In this document: positions 35,603 to 47,398 of the stretch, one piece after another
Layout: the number at the start of each line of letters is the position of its first letter
Position numbering within the stretch: position 1 is the stretch's first letter
Source: Lepidodermella squamata
Taxonomy: Eukaryota; Animalia; Gastrotricha
Length of the DNA: 64,000 nt
Direction of reading: 5' to 3'
Assembly: GCA_047495785.1 (NCBI GenBank)
Contig: JBLDXI010000014.1
Location: 248,001-312,000, forward strand
The notes under the pieces: model-generated
Databases searched by the model: none
Told to the model about the DNA's origin: nothing
The model's input: only the letters and a program-made list of their open reading frames with translations
Program-made: the position numbers and the translations under genes

Positions 35603-37692
35603 TCACAACAAATGACATCTCTCCTCGACATTCATCGGGTCTCCTGCTTTACAGCCGAACGTTCTGGCAAATTCACTGGTTTGCGACACGACGTCATTGA
35701 CACGAAACAAATCCGGCGAGTGCTTGTCCTTGGCGATCATTTCCTCCACGCCTGTTCGATTGAACGCGGCACAGTCGAATTGAGCTAGGGCGATGAAGAA
35801 CAGCTGGTCGTCAAGCCATGACGTCGAGGCTTGGCGGAATAACTCGAAGGCGAGCGATGCCGCGAGAATGTCCGCAACGTCGTCGTTGATTGTCTTGTTA
35901 GCTTGCAGGGTGAATCCGTGGCTTTGACCCATTTTCGAATAATGGGTCGAAACACAAGATCGATGACTGTCGATAGAAGGGTCGGATTCTAGCCAAGGGC
36001 TGTTGAAGAGATGTCCGAGTTCGTGGCTGATGACACTGCCTAACACAGCGTAACGAAATGGAAGAGGGTGGCCAGCATTGTAGAGTTTGGAATTTGTTAG
36101 AATAGGTGTAAAAATTTGGATGATGTTGGTAAAATGATCAAAGCCCGCCGTAGCTACGAGCGGGTTGAAATCGGGCTGAGGGCCGTCGAAATACGCAGCC
36201 GAGTACCACTTTGACCAATAGAAGCGGTCTGCATTCAGTAGACTAGCGCTGTAGCTGGTTCGGTTGACGATGAGAGACGAATGGTAGCGGTCAAGATCGG
36301 CGCGACTTTGCAGCGATGGTATCCCGATTTCGATCTTCAAATCTTCGATTTTGGCGAGCAATAGATCCTTCGTCGAACCTGTCAATTTGTCAGTTGCTGA
36401 AAGACGGCGTTGTAAGAGTTGCTTTGCCGATCTAAAAATAAGCTCCACCTTAAAAATATATAAAAACTGTAAAGATTATAAGCAGATAGCTGAAATTCCA
36501 ACCTCTGATGAGCTCGAGTTGTGACATTTAACAAGATCGTTAATGCCGGCGACTCCGATGGGGAAAAAATCATCCAAGGCTGACGAGCACGTTTTTGTTA
36601 GTTCGGCATCCCAAATTGAGAAAACCGCTGAAAGAACGAAGTAGTTTTGCAGAGTTCGCCGGCCACTTTCCGTGCGCATCATTGCTTCGACAACTCGGCA
36701 CATGCCGCTCAAATAGTGGCAGAATGTATCAGAAGTGTACAGCTCGCTGAGGTTGAGATTAGGTATTCCAACGGCCCGCAATCTAGCATGGACAACTGAT
36801 GACAAGTCGATAATTGAGCAGCATTGGTCCAGGTCTTTTAAACTAACTTGGATGGGTTCAGCTAGCTCTGCATCGATAGTAGTCGCATTTTTCAACAGGC
36901 TTACAAAGTCATGTAGACGATCCACCTCGACTTCTGAATTTTGAAATAGATTCGACGCAGATAAAACCACCAATTCTTGTTCGTAGATGATAAAGTCCTT
37001 GAACTGTTCCCAAATCAGCAATCGAGGCGGGAGTTTTTTCGCCAGTGAGCCACCCAACGTGATCGCAAATAAGCTGTTCGCGCCATAAATCGCCAACTTT
37101 TCTAGCTGTTTTTGAAAGTTTGAAGCATTTCTGACGGTCTGCGAGTTGAAACCACCCATTTCAGCTACGACTGAATGAATAAGCCACTCGTTATCTTCCC
37201 ACGAACTTGCGTTCCAACAAGCTTCATGGAAATCCCTTAATTTAACAAAGGTTTCCCAAGTTGCATTGGGATACTCATCTGAAATCACTGATTTCAAAAA
37301 TTTCAACGAATATCTGATAAAATACCTAATATCTCGTAAAATCCATACTTGATTTCGTCATTGACAACGTCGAAAAGCGACAGATAGCCGCGATCAAGCA
37401 GAGGGTGAAGTTGTTCGAAATTGCCGCATGAATACTCGAAAAAATCGCGGCACGGATCGGCTGAGGTGTTCATCATGGCAAACATATCTTCAACGCGACT
37501 CCGACAAATTTCGCCACCACAATGGGCGAGCGCCATTTCTTTCGTCAGCGTCCGAATTGGCTCGTCTGTCGTGCCAATATTAGGTGGTTCGGGTGTAGGT
37601 GCCACACCGGCTCGCTTCAGTGCCACGAAAACAAGCACGCCAACTAGTGACATGGATGAAATAAGGAAGGCAGAAACAGCTTGAACGCCCAT
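35603..37692 (-). CDS. M13 (neprilysin/ECE-like) metallopeptidase homologue, divergent
   Basis: Type II anchor, MNTSADPCRDFFEYSCG, FHEAC, LGSVISHELGHLF, QLFFIALAQFDC, HSPDLFRVN, FARTFGCKAGDPMN..RC. Three exons. Confidence 0.88.
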
Positions 37693-38299
37693 TTTCTCTG
37701 AATTATCAGTTAAAAGCTTCAAGATTTTCTGTAAAAAATTGCTGTGGTTCTTTATATGTGGCCATGTTCGATTTATTAATAGTTTTTGGCGTCTGGCCAA
37801 ATGAGTCACAAACCGGAGCGTGCTTGCTGCTTGCGATGACTCAGTAGTGGCTTCATTATTCTCTGTCGGATTTTTTTTTCCAACAATTTCTAGTGCGCAC
37901 ATATTTGTAACGAATAACGGCTTTCGATTATTTAAAATCATGCCACGTTTCTCATTCAGGATCCGGACGTCTTATTTCTCATTGAGGATGTCTGGTTTTA
38001 TTATCAGGCCATATCGACGAACTGCTTTTAGCAATAACCACTCATCTGTTAAAATAAAACGTCAAATTTCTTCAGCCGTTAATTTTACTGATCCTTTTAA
38101 AGAAAATGCTTTCATCAGGACAGAAAGATGCACCGTAAAAAATGGCGATATTTCGAATTCAATCAACCTTGAAAATTGAAATACGCGCCATAATTAACTC
38201 CAGTTTGCGACGCTGCGCAATTCAAACCTGAAAAATCTGAAATTCAAATAGCTGTGAGACGACGACAAAAGAAAACAGACAAAGGAAGCCATTTTGATC

Positions 38300-40119
38300 C
38301 TATCGTTTAGAGCAACGATTGCACGTAAAATAGGTTTTGAAAATCTCCTCTCGAAATTGGCGATTCATGACACCGTAGATGATCGGATTCGCAGCGTTAT
38401 TCGCGAAGTACAAGTAGTAGATAAACTTGTTCCAAGCTACGTCCATTTCGATGTAGTTGGCGACGAGGGCCGGTAGGTAAGACAAGGCGAATACAACGGT
38501 GACTACAAAGAGCATTGCCGCTAGACGAATTTGAGACGATCGTTCCGTCGGCATATTCCGGAGCGAGGCGGCCGCGGAAGAAACCGAAGATTGAGCCCGC
38601 GAGTCTTTACTGAGGACAGTCGCAATAACGCTAGTGTTGCGAAACGACGACCATGACGGCGTTTTTGTCAGCTGGCTGACGTTTGACAGCAGTCCACTGA
38701 GGCGTGATCGAGATTGCGGGCTTTTAACCGTCCCGTTTTCATTATTATTTCGGAGGAAACAAAAACTACTGCTATTAGTTAAATGGGCGTCGTTGGCTTG
38801 CGCGTTTCCTGTCACGGTCGACCCGAAGTTACGCATGGCCAAACCGCCGTTGTGATCGGAATCACGGTTTGAAAGCAACGGGTCAGTCGTAGTAGCATCG
38901 GGGGTGCCAGTGCCGACTTCGATCACCGGGGACAGTTGGGCGCTGTTGCTGTTTTCTTCATCGTTAGTCGCTGCTACGGTTGAGCTGTTCCGTACCAGTT
39001 TGCTGGCGCAGTTCGGCGACGCCGGCTGGCTTTCAATAGCAACAACGCTGGTTCTGTTGCAGAGGGCGGTCACGCTTGAGTGCTGCATGAGGATGCGAGT
39101 CGATGCTGACTTCTTGCGAACCTTAAGCCGTTGCCGTTTCGAGATGCGTAAGAAAATGATGGCGTAGAGAACGAAAGGCACAGTGAGGGCCGAGCCGAAA
39201 ATTATTGCCTGTGTTGGAAATATCAGTAAAATATTTTGTGAGAGAATAAGCAACTTACATTGTGAATATGCTGATAGACATCAGTAAACTCTTTGCCGAG
39301 AATATATTCTCGTCTACACGTGTAAGTGCTGTGACTTTCGTTCACCATCATGTGCTCAGTCATATTACGCTTGAGGAATTGACGAAAGAAGTCATTTGGC
39401 ACGTTAACCCCGGCTTTCCGAGTCGCGAATGAGCTGTTTTTGTTAGTTGACGAACGCGGAGTGGCTGAAGCCAAGTCACTTTTCGGTCTACGTTTCAGCG
39501 ATGGCGCTACCGAGGTTTGAGATAAAAGGCGCTGAGCTGCAATATCGTAAGGCAGCGTTGAATTTGGGTTCCAAGACTTTAAGGAGTATGGCTGGCTCGA
39601 CACTTGGACTTGTGGAGGGCTCAGCACAAAATTGACGGCGACTAGAATGCCCATGAAGCAAGATATCACTGCTAAACCAGTGACGATGAAACGCGCCCGG
39701 TATGGCGTGAGAAGGGTGCGAAGAGGGTGCATTATGCACAGGTAACGATCAAGCGAAATCGCGATGATTAGGAAAGCCGAAAACGGTATCACCGAGGTAA
39801 TAATGAAGAAAAAGCCCTTACACGCCATGTCTGAATTGAACATTATGCCGGGAGCCAATTCGTAAATGAAAGTCAGGGGCATGACGATAGCAGAGGCGAT
39901 GAGATCGTTCGCAGACAGCACCATGATGAAGGTATTCGTTGTCAGCCGCTGGCTCGTTATCGAAGCGGCCGAACCGCCGATTTTTGCTGACGCCAGGCCG
40001 GCTTTGCCGAAGCTTTTGCGGATGAAGAAGGTCAGCAGGATGAGGTTGCCGAAAACTCCGACAAGCGAAGTTACCGATATCAATACGCCCAGCGCATATT
40101 CACCTGGATCTTTCGCCAT
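38300..40119 (-). CDS. class A peptide GPCR, paralogue 2
   Basis: Two exons (40119-~39258, ~39209-38300). GVFGN, LSAND, LDRYLCIMHP, QIRLAAMLFVVTVVFALSYLPA, NNAANPIIY. Shares the intron after HIHN with paralogue 1. Confidence 0.9.
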
Positions 40120-43100
40120 TATTGTCTAAACGCTTTCAGATTTACGACAAAATCATCGACGTTCTGATTAATAAAGTAAACAACACGGCATGTTGTTTTT
40201 TTGTATAATTGAATTTCAGTTTTATAGACAATCAATTACCTAAAGAGGATTAGAAATATTGATATCCGGAGAAAATCGTGTCAAGCCATATAAGAAAGCT
40301 ATTGAGAGCTGTCTGATACTGCGAAACCTTTCAAGTGCATGACCTCATAATTGCATTTTTTTCACGGAATAATCATTAGTCAAAGCTATCAACTCGAAGA
40401 AAAATGAGCGCTATCATTAAGTAATGTAGATTGCAGAACGATTTTTCTGATTTTATATAGCAGCCCAACGCAAATAACAGGTGACAAGGCGAAATTTAGG
40501 GACATTTCTCAGATAAAAAAGTTCGCACGAGGAAAAGTCACGTATTTTGGTTTAATAAAAATGCGGTTGAAGAATCCAAATTATATTTTTTCTTATCGGG
40601 AAAATCACGGAATAGCTTTGAAGCCACGCAATAATGTAAGCAAACATGGGCTCTAATTTTCGCACTGAAGCTACCAAGAATCGATACTAAGTAAATTCCA
40701 AGTAAATCTTAGTGACTAAATCTAAATTTGCTAGCCACCGAATCTCTGTCTTTTCTAGGCCGTGATCCAAATGCGTGACATCACAAAATAGATGGGGGCC
40801 GCAAAAAATCATAATTGAAAAATTATTGTTTAACAAGCCGTGGAATTAATGCTCCGCAGCCTTTCGATGGATGCTATTATATCATCATGCGTGTATCATC
40901 AAATGGAAACTGGAAAAATTGGCATTATTTTCCGTGTCGCGATAACGTCAAGAGAGCACTGATTCGGTATAATAACTGTGTAGTACAGCTGTAATATTGC
41001 TGTGTCATGTCGCCGTGAACACGCCGCTGATTAACCGAAACACGGTTGAGCGAGAACGGCGAAATTTAGGAGCCATCTAATGGCTCATCTAATAGATAGA
41101 TCTCCCGCTGGTTAGTTGAAAGACGTTAAAGTCTACCAGGTTGATTAATAAATATTTCAAGAGTGCTCCTCTCATGCAGTAATTTTACGCTAGAACGGTT
41201 TTGACAAAGCCTGAATGCTTTAATAAAAAATTCATGGAAGACATTTCGACGTTTTGCTATTGCAATAGCGCGAAACAAGTATAAAATACTTAAAATACCT
41301 GCAAAATCAATAATAATTGGAGCTCTAGTCTGAACTGCGGAAGTATCATTGAAATCGATTAATCGGACACGAGGTGCTCGATTTAAATCGAAAAATGAAA
41401 TGTGGCGATAATTTTCAAATCACGGAATAAAAATTACGACCTCGTAGCATGAATACGCTTGCGTTCATGAAAATGAGATGGCGTCATCATCATAGCGCAC
41501 ACAATACGAACTCAATGAGGACTCGCGAGTTGAAGAAAATCATGCGCGTAAAGGAAGCAAATAAACCACTGATCGTTGAAAACAGTATATACTGCCGATG
41601 ACGGCGGAAAAAATGGGAAAATCTCTGACTTATATCATTCGGTTGTAAAAAAAACTGCGAGCGGTCATGTCATAAAGTCGATAAATATTACTTCTTGTCT
41701 GATGATTTTCCTCGTGATGAGGAGTGGTGATGGATTTAATCCCGTTGTCTTCAGTCTTGGTATTATAGGTCTTCAAGAGTATTAAGAGCCTAGGCTATAG
41801 GCAAAACTAATTGAGGTAGTAAAATTATATAAAAAAATAGATCGCGCGAGAGAGCGATTGGCCTGCAATTTGCGCCCCCTCGTTATCTCTATAACAACTT
41901 AACTAGTACACTGAGACCACCGACGTCACAGCGCAGCAGCGGTGAACTGAAATTGAAAAGTCAAAGCCATGATTCAGCGCGGTCGCAGCGTGAGATAGTA
42001 TCATCGGAGGAAACCAATTCCCAGCAGGGACTAGAGTGCACGAACGGGATCGAATATCGAATATCCAACATGCTTGATAAATATTAACGTAATCCAATTA
42101 TGGTTCGTAAATTGTCATGCTACAACTAGTCAAAAAGGTGTCTCCTCAATCGAGTTTTATAAGCGCGTGTAGCGGCTTTCGCATTGGAAAGCACCGATTG
42201 AATAACAACAGCCATCTTAAGATCAATCTTTCGCTGGAGGCTAATGCGCGTCATAATTATGGCAAGTAAATAAATTTAAAAGTTTTATGTTTCATTACTG
42301 AACATAAATATAGGTTACTTGGGAGTTCCAATTAAAACAAGACATTTCCTGCAGATTGATCGCCATGGGCCACACGTTTATATGAAGTGTGGGCCAAATT
42401 ATCCACCCTCGATAAAAATAAACAAAAATAAATTGTCTAACATTCGCCTCAGTGATACGTTTATGGCTCGTATTATCGATTTTGTTTCTTATTTCCTTCG
42501 AACTCATCAGACAAACCAAATTGTTTCAAGCGGTTCGCCGTCTATATTTTATATTCAAGCAATAACTTTTTTCTACATTCGGCCGTAGTGCGTTCGCACC
42601 GCACTGATGAAATTACCGAGAGTCCTTGAGCATTTCCGAGTTCGACCGTGGGTTTCTTATGTCATTATAACTCGGGGAAAAACGAGGCAAGTTTTTGTGT
42701 TGTTAATTCGCCTATGAGCAAATATTACTGGATAAGAAGTGTTTTAGGTGTCCCGAATAGCAGTGGTCAAGCTGTGAAAAAATATTATAGTAGTAGTAGT
42801 AGTTAATTCTATTCTATTATACTGTTATACAAGAGCGACAACAAACATATTACAAAACATTTTCAGTGGGCTTGACAACTTAGGTCGCCAGGTCTGGCAT
42901 TCATTTCATGCCTTTTAAGAAATAATCCACTAATTTCAGGGGGCTCGTCATGATCTTGCCATCTCGAAAGACCATTTACAGTGGGGTGGCCACAAATAGC
43001 CGCATAGGGCGAAGTTCATTGATTGGAGTGCGCATCAATTTAATGAGGAGCTTTAAGAGATTGAAGAATTTCAGCCATTCTTTGGCCGAGCAGACTCTTC

Positions 43101-44088
43101 AATTTCTTGAAACTCCACGTTAAATCACGGCTGGTTGTGGTCCCCATTTAGATCAAAGGTTGAATGATTTTAATGAAAAAGTATGCACCCAACCATATGA
43201 ATGGGAGTGGTTAGGTTACGTAATGTTATTAGGGCCACCGATGCAGTCGGATAAGAGAAAGGATATAAGACGGCTCTATAGAATGGCAAGAATTGGAATA
43301 GCTATATTTTGGGAATATTCCGGTTGATCGATTGCGCATACCTCTATATTTATGAATAAAACGCATGGTTATGCTTTGCGGAGCGCTTGCATGCGCGGGT
43401 TAAAAAAACCTAATCGAGTAAACTCTTAGCGCAAGACTCTACGATAGGCCGGGAAGGAGTACGTGCTTGAATAATTTCTTGATAGAAGTGCATAACGAGT
43501 TAATTGATAAACAAAACAAACCATGTTAATTTTAGAAGTACTAAGCCGATACCTATCGTTTTTCATCAGCATAAAACGTTAGACGGTAGTTATAATGCCA
43601 GAGAAGGTCAAAACCAAACTCGAGGCTGCTGTTTAGTGTGCTGGGTAGCGTTTTTCAGTTCTGTCACGATTTTGTTTGAAACAGTTAATTGAGCAATATG
43701 TTCGATATATTTTGCAACATCGAGTTCTGCGGCAAGAGTTCGCTCGCCGTAGCGTTGGGTAGCGGTCTCAAACCGCAGGTCAATACCGCTGACGCCGGCG
43801 AAGGCGATCACATCGATAGGGTGCGTTTCTTGGGGAAGGTTCAGCGAGGTTCTAAGGGCATAGCCTTGAAGGTCCAAGTTCTAAAACTGCATAAAACTGC
43901 AAACCCTCAAGATCCTTGGAAGCCTCATCCTAAATGGATGAGTTCTCGTGCTAATCAGTATTTCGAGGCGTGGGGCCAGCAAATCATCACGCTAAGTAGC
44001 ATTAATTAAAAATGTCGATTGCGTCAGAGTGTGTCAGAAGTAGTACAGATTTTTCCGACAAAAATACGCGAAAAATATTTTATTTCAG

Positions 44089-44880
44089 GTATTTTTTGGT
44101 CGGAATGATGGCTCGTTTGGTCTTATGCCATTCAAAACAGCGTAATTCGAAGCTGCTAGCGAGAAATCGGACAGCTCCAGCATCGGGCTTGAATTTATTA
44201 GCAAGAAGTTGGGCAAATTTCGAGTCGATGATTTGTTCAAATTATATTTGCGACGCTGAGCAGCAGAAACTGGTCACTGTTACCGATTGCGGTTTTCTCC
44301 GAGTCTACGATTCGAAATTACAGCAAAGACCGGTTATAAACGTGTCGTTGGTCGACCATCCCCTGGTCAGTGTGGCCGTTTTCCCGCCAGGCACGTCGCC
44401 TGGCCCGGTTCCGTTCATCGCAGCCGGGTCGGCGCAGGGTTGGCTGGGCATCGTCGACCTGCTACTGCCGAAAGCGGCGATGGGGAAGGCGTTATGCCTG
44501 GCAACTGCCAGACGAAACACCGGCTAACAGGCCGCTGCTTCGCAACGGGACCGGCAGCACCTGATCTATCGCTATTTTGCCGCGGGATGACGACGCCCCG
44601 CTGCTGGTTTCAGCTGGTCTCGATCGATTCACGCGGGATTTCGACACGTCGTTGCCGAAAAGTGGGCCGATGGCGAAGATTTACACGAATACATAAACCG
44701 AAGACGGTGAAAAGGGCCAAGTACGAGCCGGAGGATGACGCGAACCATTTGCCTGATTTAGTGCTCGGTTCCGATGACGATGACGACGATCAGGGTTCGG
44801 TCGAAGATTACGGCAGTGTTGACTTGGACGATTTTGAAGAAAAAAATCAGCGCGGGAAGCGAAAATTTGGTAGAAGATGA
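44089..44880 (+). pseudogene. WDR74: WDR74/NSA1-like WD40 ribosome biogenesis factor, disrupted copy
   Basis: KLVTVTDCGFLRVYDSKLQQRPVINVSLVDHPLVSV...AAGSAQGWLGIVDL and LLVSAGLDRF resemble WDR74, with an acidic/basic tail. Broken by frameshifts and in-frame stops (TAA ~44525, TGA 44562). Confidence 0.6.
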
Positions 44881-45102
44881 AATAATGTTGTTCATCGCTA
44901 AATTTGTCAGTCTTTCGCCCCACAATATTATATAGTGCATTGTTAAAAGAATAAAACAACCTTGTTTATTATTCAATCGCTTTTTCATCGTGTAATCTCT
45001 CTTTTAAAAAAAATAGAAGCAAATGAAATGACACAAAAGCCACAAAAATATGCCCCACCGGCTAAAGTGAGGTAGTGTATAAAGACTTTGATTTTCATGT
45101 GG

Positions 45103-47398
45103 CTAGGAGGACGGCGGCGGTTCTTCGATTTGATGATCACCCTTTTGCGGTTCATCGAGAGGTTCACCAACTTTTGATATTGCCGCCGCATCGATGGCGA
45201 GAGTTGCGGCTTGAACCGAACTATCAGCCATTTCTATACTCGCGTAATCAGGTTTGCCCTTGGGCTCATCATCGGCGAAGGTCACTTTGGAGGCAGGCGA
45301 GTTTGGGGTTTTAAGTAAGCGGTGATTCTCGCTTGCGTTCGAAGTGCTGTTCCGTACCCGATATTCCGTCGGCCGACCAGCTGGATTGAAGCTTGACTGC
45401 AAAAGTCAAACTTGCAATAAGTGATTTTTTGATGACTTTTAAACAAACCCGACGAGCAGTAGACGATGACTCGAAAGAAGACAGGCGGGCTTGAATGGCT
45501 TCGCTACAACAACCGAGATTCCTGAACAGCCGTTTCAGTGATGTGCGCACGTCGCGAAATCTGAAGGCGTAAATGAGCGGGTTAATGGCAGCGTTCGTGT
45601 GAAAGCAAATGAGGCCTGAAATTTCGAAAATTAATATTTCAGGAATGATCGTCGGCAAAAAATTCTTACAAAAGGTGAGTATTCGGATGAAGAACGGCAC
45701 ATTCGCCTCTTTCGTGGCGTCGTCGATTAGAAAATAGACAAGCATAGGTGTCCAAGAGAGCAGTGAGGACACGATGAGCAAGCTCGTCGTCACGACGGAT
45801 TTGCGCAGAAACTGGCGGGTGCTGCTTGATGAATTTGAACGACCGAGACCGCTCGTGGACGGCGCCATCGAGGATCGTTGGATTTGCTGCTGAGCAATTT
45901 CCGCATTTACACATCTATTTATGAAAATTAAACAGAACGACATGAAGAGATTCTTGCGAATATTATCAGCGAACTAACGCGAAAATGTGACTAGCGCACA
46001 TGAAGCAGATGATGACTGTGATCAAACCGCAGGCAAAATATTGACTAGCATCGCTTTCCTGCACCCCGAAAAAGGCCAGAAATGCTGCTATAGAACCAGC
46101 GAGGATGACCGACAGGCAAATGGCGGCGATAGCTGCTCGTTTCATGAAAGGCTTTTCGTAAGAGTATGGCTGAAATTCAGGGAAAAGAAATAGTCATTAA
46201 ATATTACAAAAAAGCGCAGAAAAGGACGATAAAAAAAGCGAAATGCCAACTCAAGTTTTAATTACACCCTGAAATCGCATTGGAAATAACTAACTTGATT
46301 GGGTTGATCGAACCAATTCATAACGTTCTGTCCCTAAACGAGACAACAAAAATTACAGCTTTCTTGAAATCATCGACAATCGAGACTCCCACCGCTACCC
46401 CGATAATTTTTTCCCGAAATTGCAAGGTGTAATGTTGAAACTAAGCTATTAGAAAGAGCAAAAATTACCTTGGCAAGAGCTATGAACATGTCTACGGCGA
46501 GTCCGAGTAAGCTGAGAGCTGACAGTAGCCAAGACATTTGCCAGACGGCGATTAACCCCAGCTGGCCAGCCCCGCCAAGTAGACTGCCGTCAATTCTTCG
46601 CAGCAGTGCAGTCAAACTGACAACCGTATCAGCAACCGACATGAGAATCAGGATGAGATGGCGCGAAACTTTGCGCGGCATCGTTACCACTGAGGCTAGG
46701 GCAATGGTGTTGAAAACGAGGGCAATTGCGACGAGCACCGAAGCGACGCATAGGTAGACATAAAAAAGTCGCTGGTTTTCGGCGTTCATCCGGCCGAAAA
46801 TCAGCCCGTCTATGCACGAGTCCGGGCCGCCCTCTGCGGCTCCATTTGTCACGGTGATGCAAGCGCTGCTGATTTCATCGGGCGAGGCTGTGTAGTCGTC
46901 CGGGCACGTGAATCCGTGCCTCGCCAAAGTTTGGCAGTACAAGTTCACATAGTAGCTTTCATCGAGCGTCACATTGTTAAATGGCTCTTCGGTTGCATCC
47001 GGGTAGGCAGAATTGCGAAAAACAGGCTGCGGCGTTGTTGTAGACCCTTGAGATGCGGCTGCGATGAACTCTGACGATTCTGAATTGATAAACAGCAAAC
47101 TGCGGTCACCTGACTCGAACTCAGCGAATGCCGAACCGAATTGCTGCGATGATGATGATGATGAAGAAAGATCGGTGATTTCGCGGCGGCTTCGCCATAA
47201 CCAGGCGGCGGCGTAGTCGTCGTCGTTGCCACGGTGTGTTGGCGCAGCTGTCGCGTTGCTTTTTCTTATATTATTATTTGCAGTATTATTTTGTTGAACT
47301 CTGATATGTGAAGCATTGAAATTCGCTGCGCTGACGGCAGCGGAAGTCGCCAGCCGCGCCAATGAAAACAACGCCGGGCTGGCATTCGATCTTTTCAT
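45103..47398 (-). CDS. class A GPCR with long N-terminal ectodomain (adenosine-receptor-like orphan)
   Basis: About five exons. TM1 ALVFN, LMSVAD, LAVDMF, SWTP, HTNAAINPLIYAFRFRDVR. Confidence 0.8.

Noticed and set aside
41812-41910. let-7-like start TGAGGTAGTA
   Set aside because: Only the first 10 nt match, and no well-paired hairpin of pre-miRNA size is evident.
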